Shown here: in pieces, positions 57,556 through 57,649 of the stretch
Layout of the letters: the number at the start of each line of letters is the position of its first letter
Position numbering within the stretch: position 1 is the stretch's first letter
Assembly (NCBI GenBank): GCA_963575745.1
Contig: CAUYUJ010000006.1
Span: forward strand, 62,001-119,649
DNA from: Prorocentrum cordatum
Lineage: Eukaryota
Reading direction: 5' to 3'
Length of the DNA: 57,649 bases
Program-made: the position numbers and the translations under genes
The notes under the pieces: model-generated
What the model was told of the DNA's origin: nothing
The model's input: the letters and a program-made list of their open reading frames with translations, nothing else
Databases searched by the model: none

Positions 57556-57649
<94 letters not shown>
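57476..57649. repeat. (GAC)n grading into (GAT)n
   Basis: Direct inspection. Confidence 0.95.

Overview
GC-rich eukaryotic nuclear DNA with dinoflagellate-like features (inference from AG|G junctions, mainly GC/GA splice donors, tiny exons in multi-kb introns, same-strand adjacent genes, and abundant satellites). Nearly all ORFs in the supplied track are artefacts of simple repeats or GC-rich DNA. Two + strand genes could be reconstructed by hand from micro-exons. (1) The 3' part of a copine-like tandem C2-C2 protein: about 20-23 exons of roughly 10-75 nt over about 2.5-46.3 kb, under 1 kb coding in total, with no vWA domain visible. (2) The 5' part of the polyadenylation factor WDR33/Pfs2/FY, starting at 47035 and continuing past the window end. 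The introns contain nested mobile DNA: a Helitron-like family (one copy with a broken Pif1-type helicase), a MITE family with 8-bp target duplications, a 172-bp fold-back palindrome, and an element carrying a CxxC zinc-finger ORF. They also contain a 782-bp tandem amplification, 16/32/39/42/90/152-bp minisatellites and large microsatellite fields. Exon boundaries come from splice signals, frame continuity and recalled family motifs. No search or RNA data were available.
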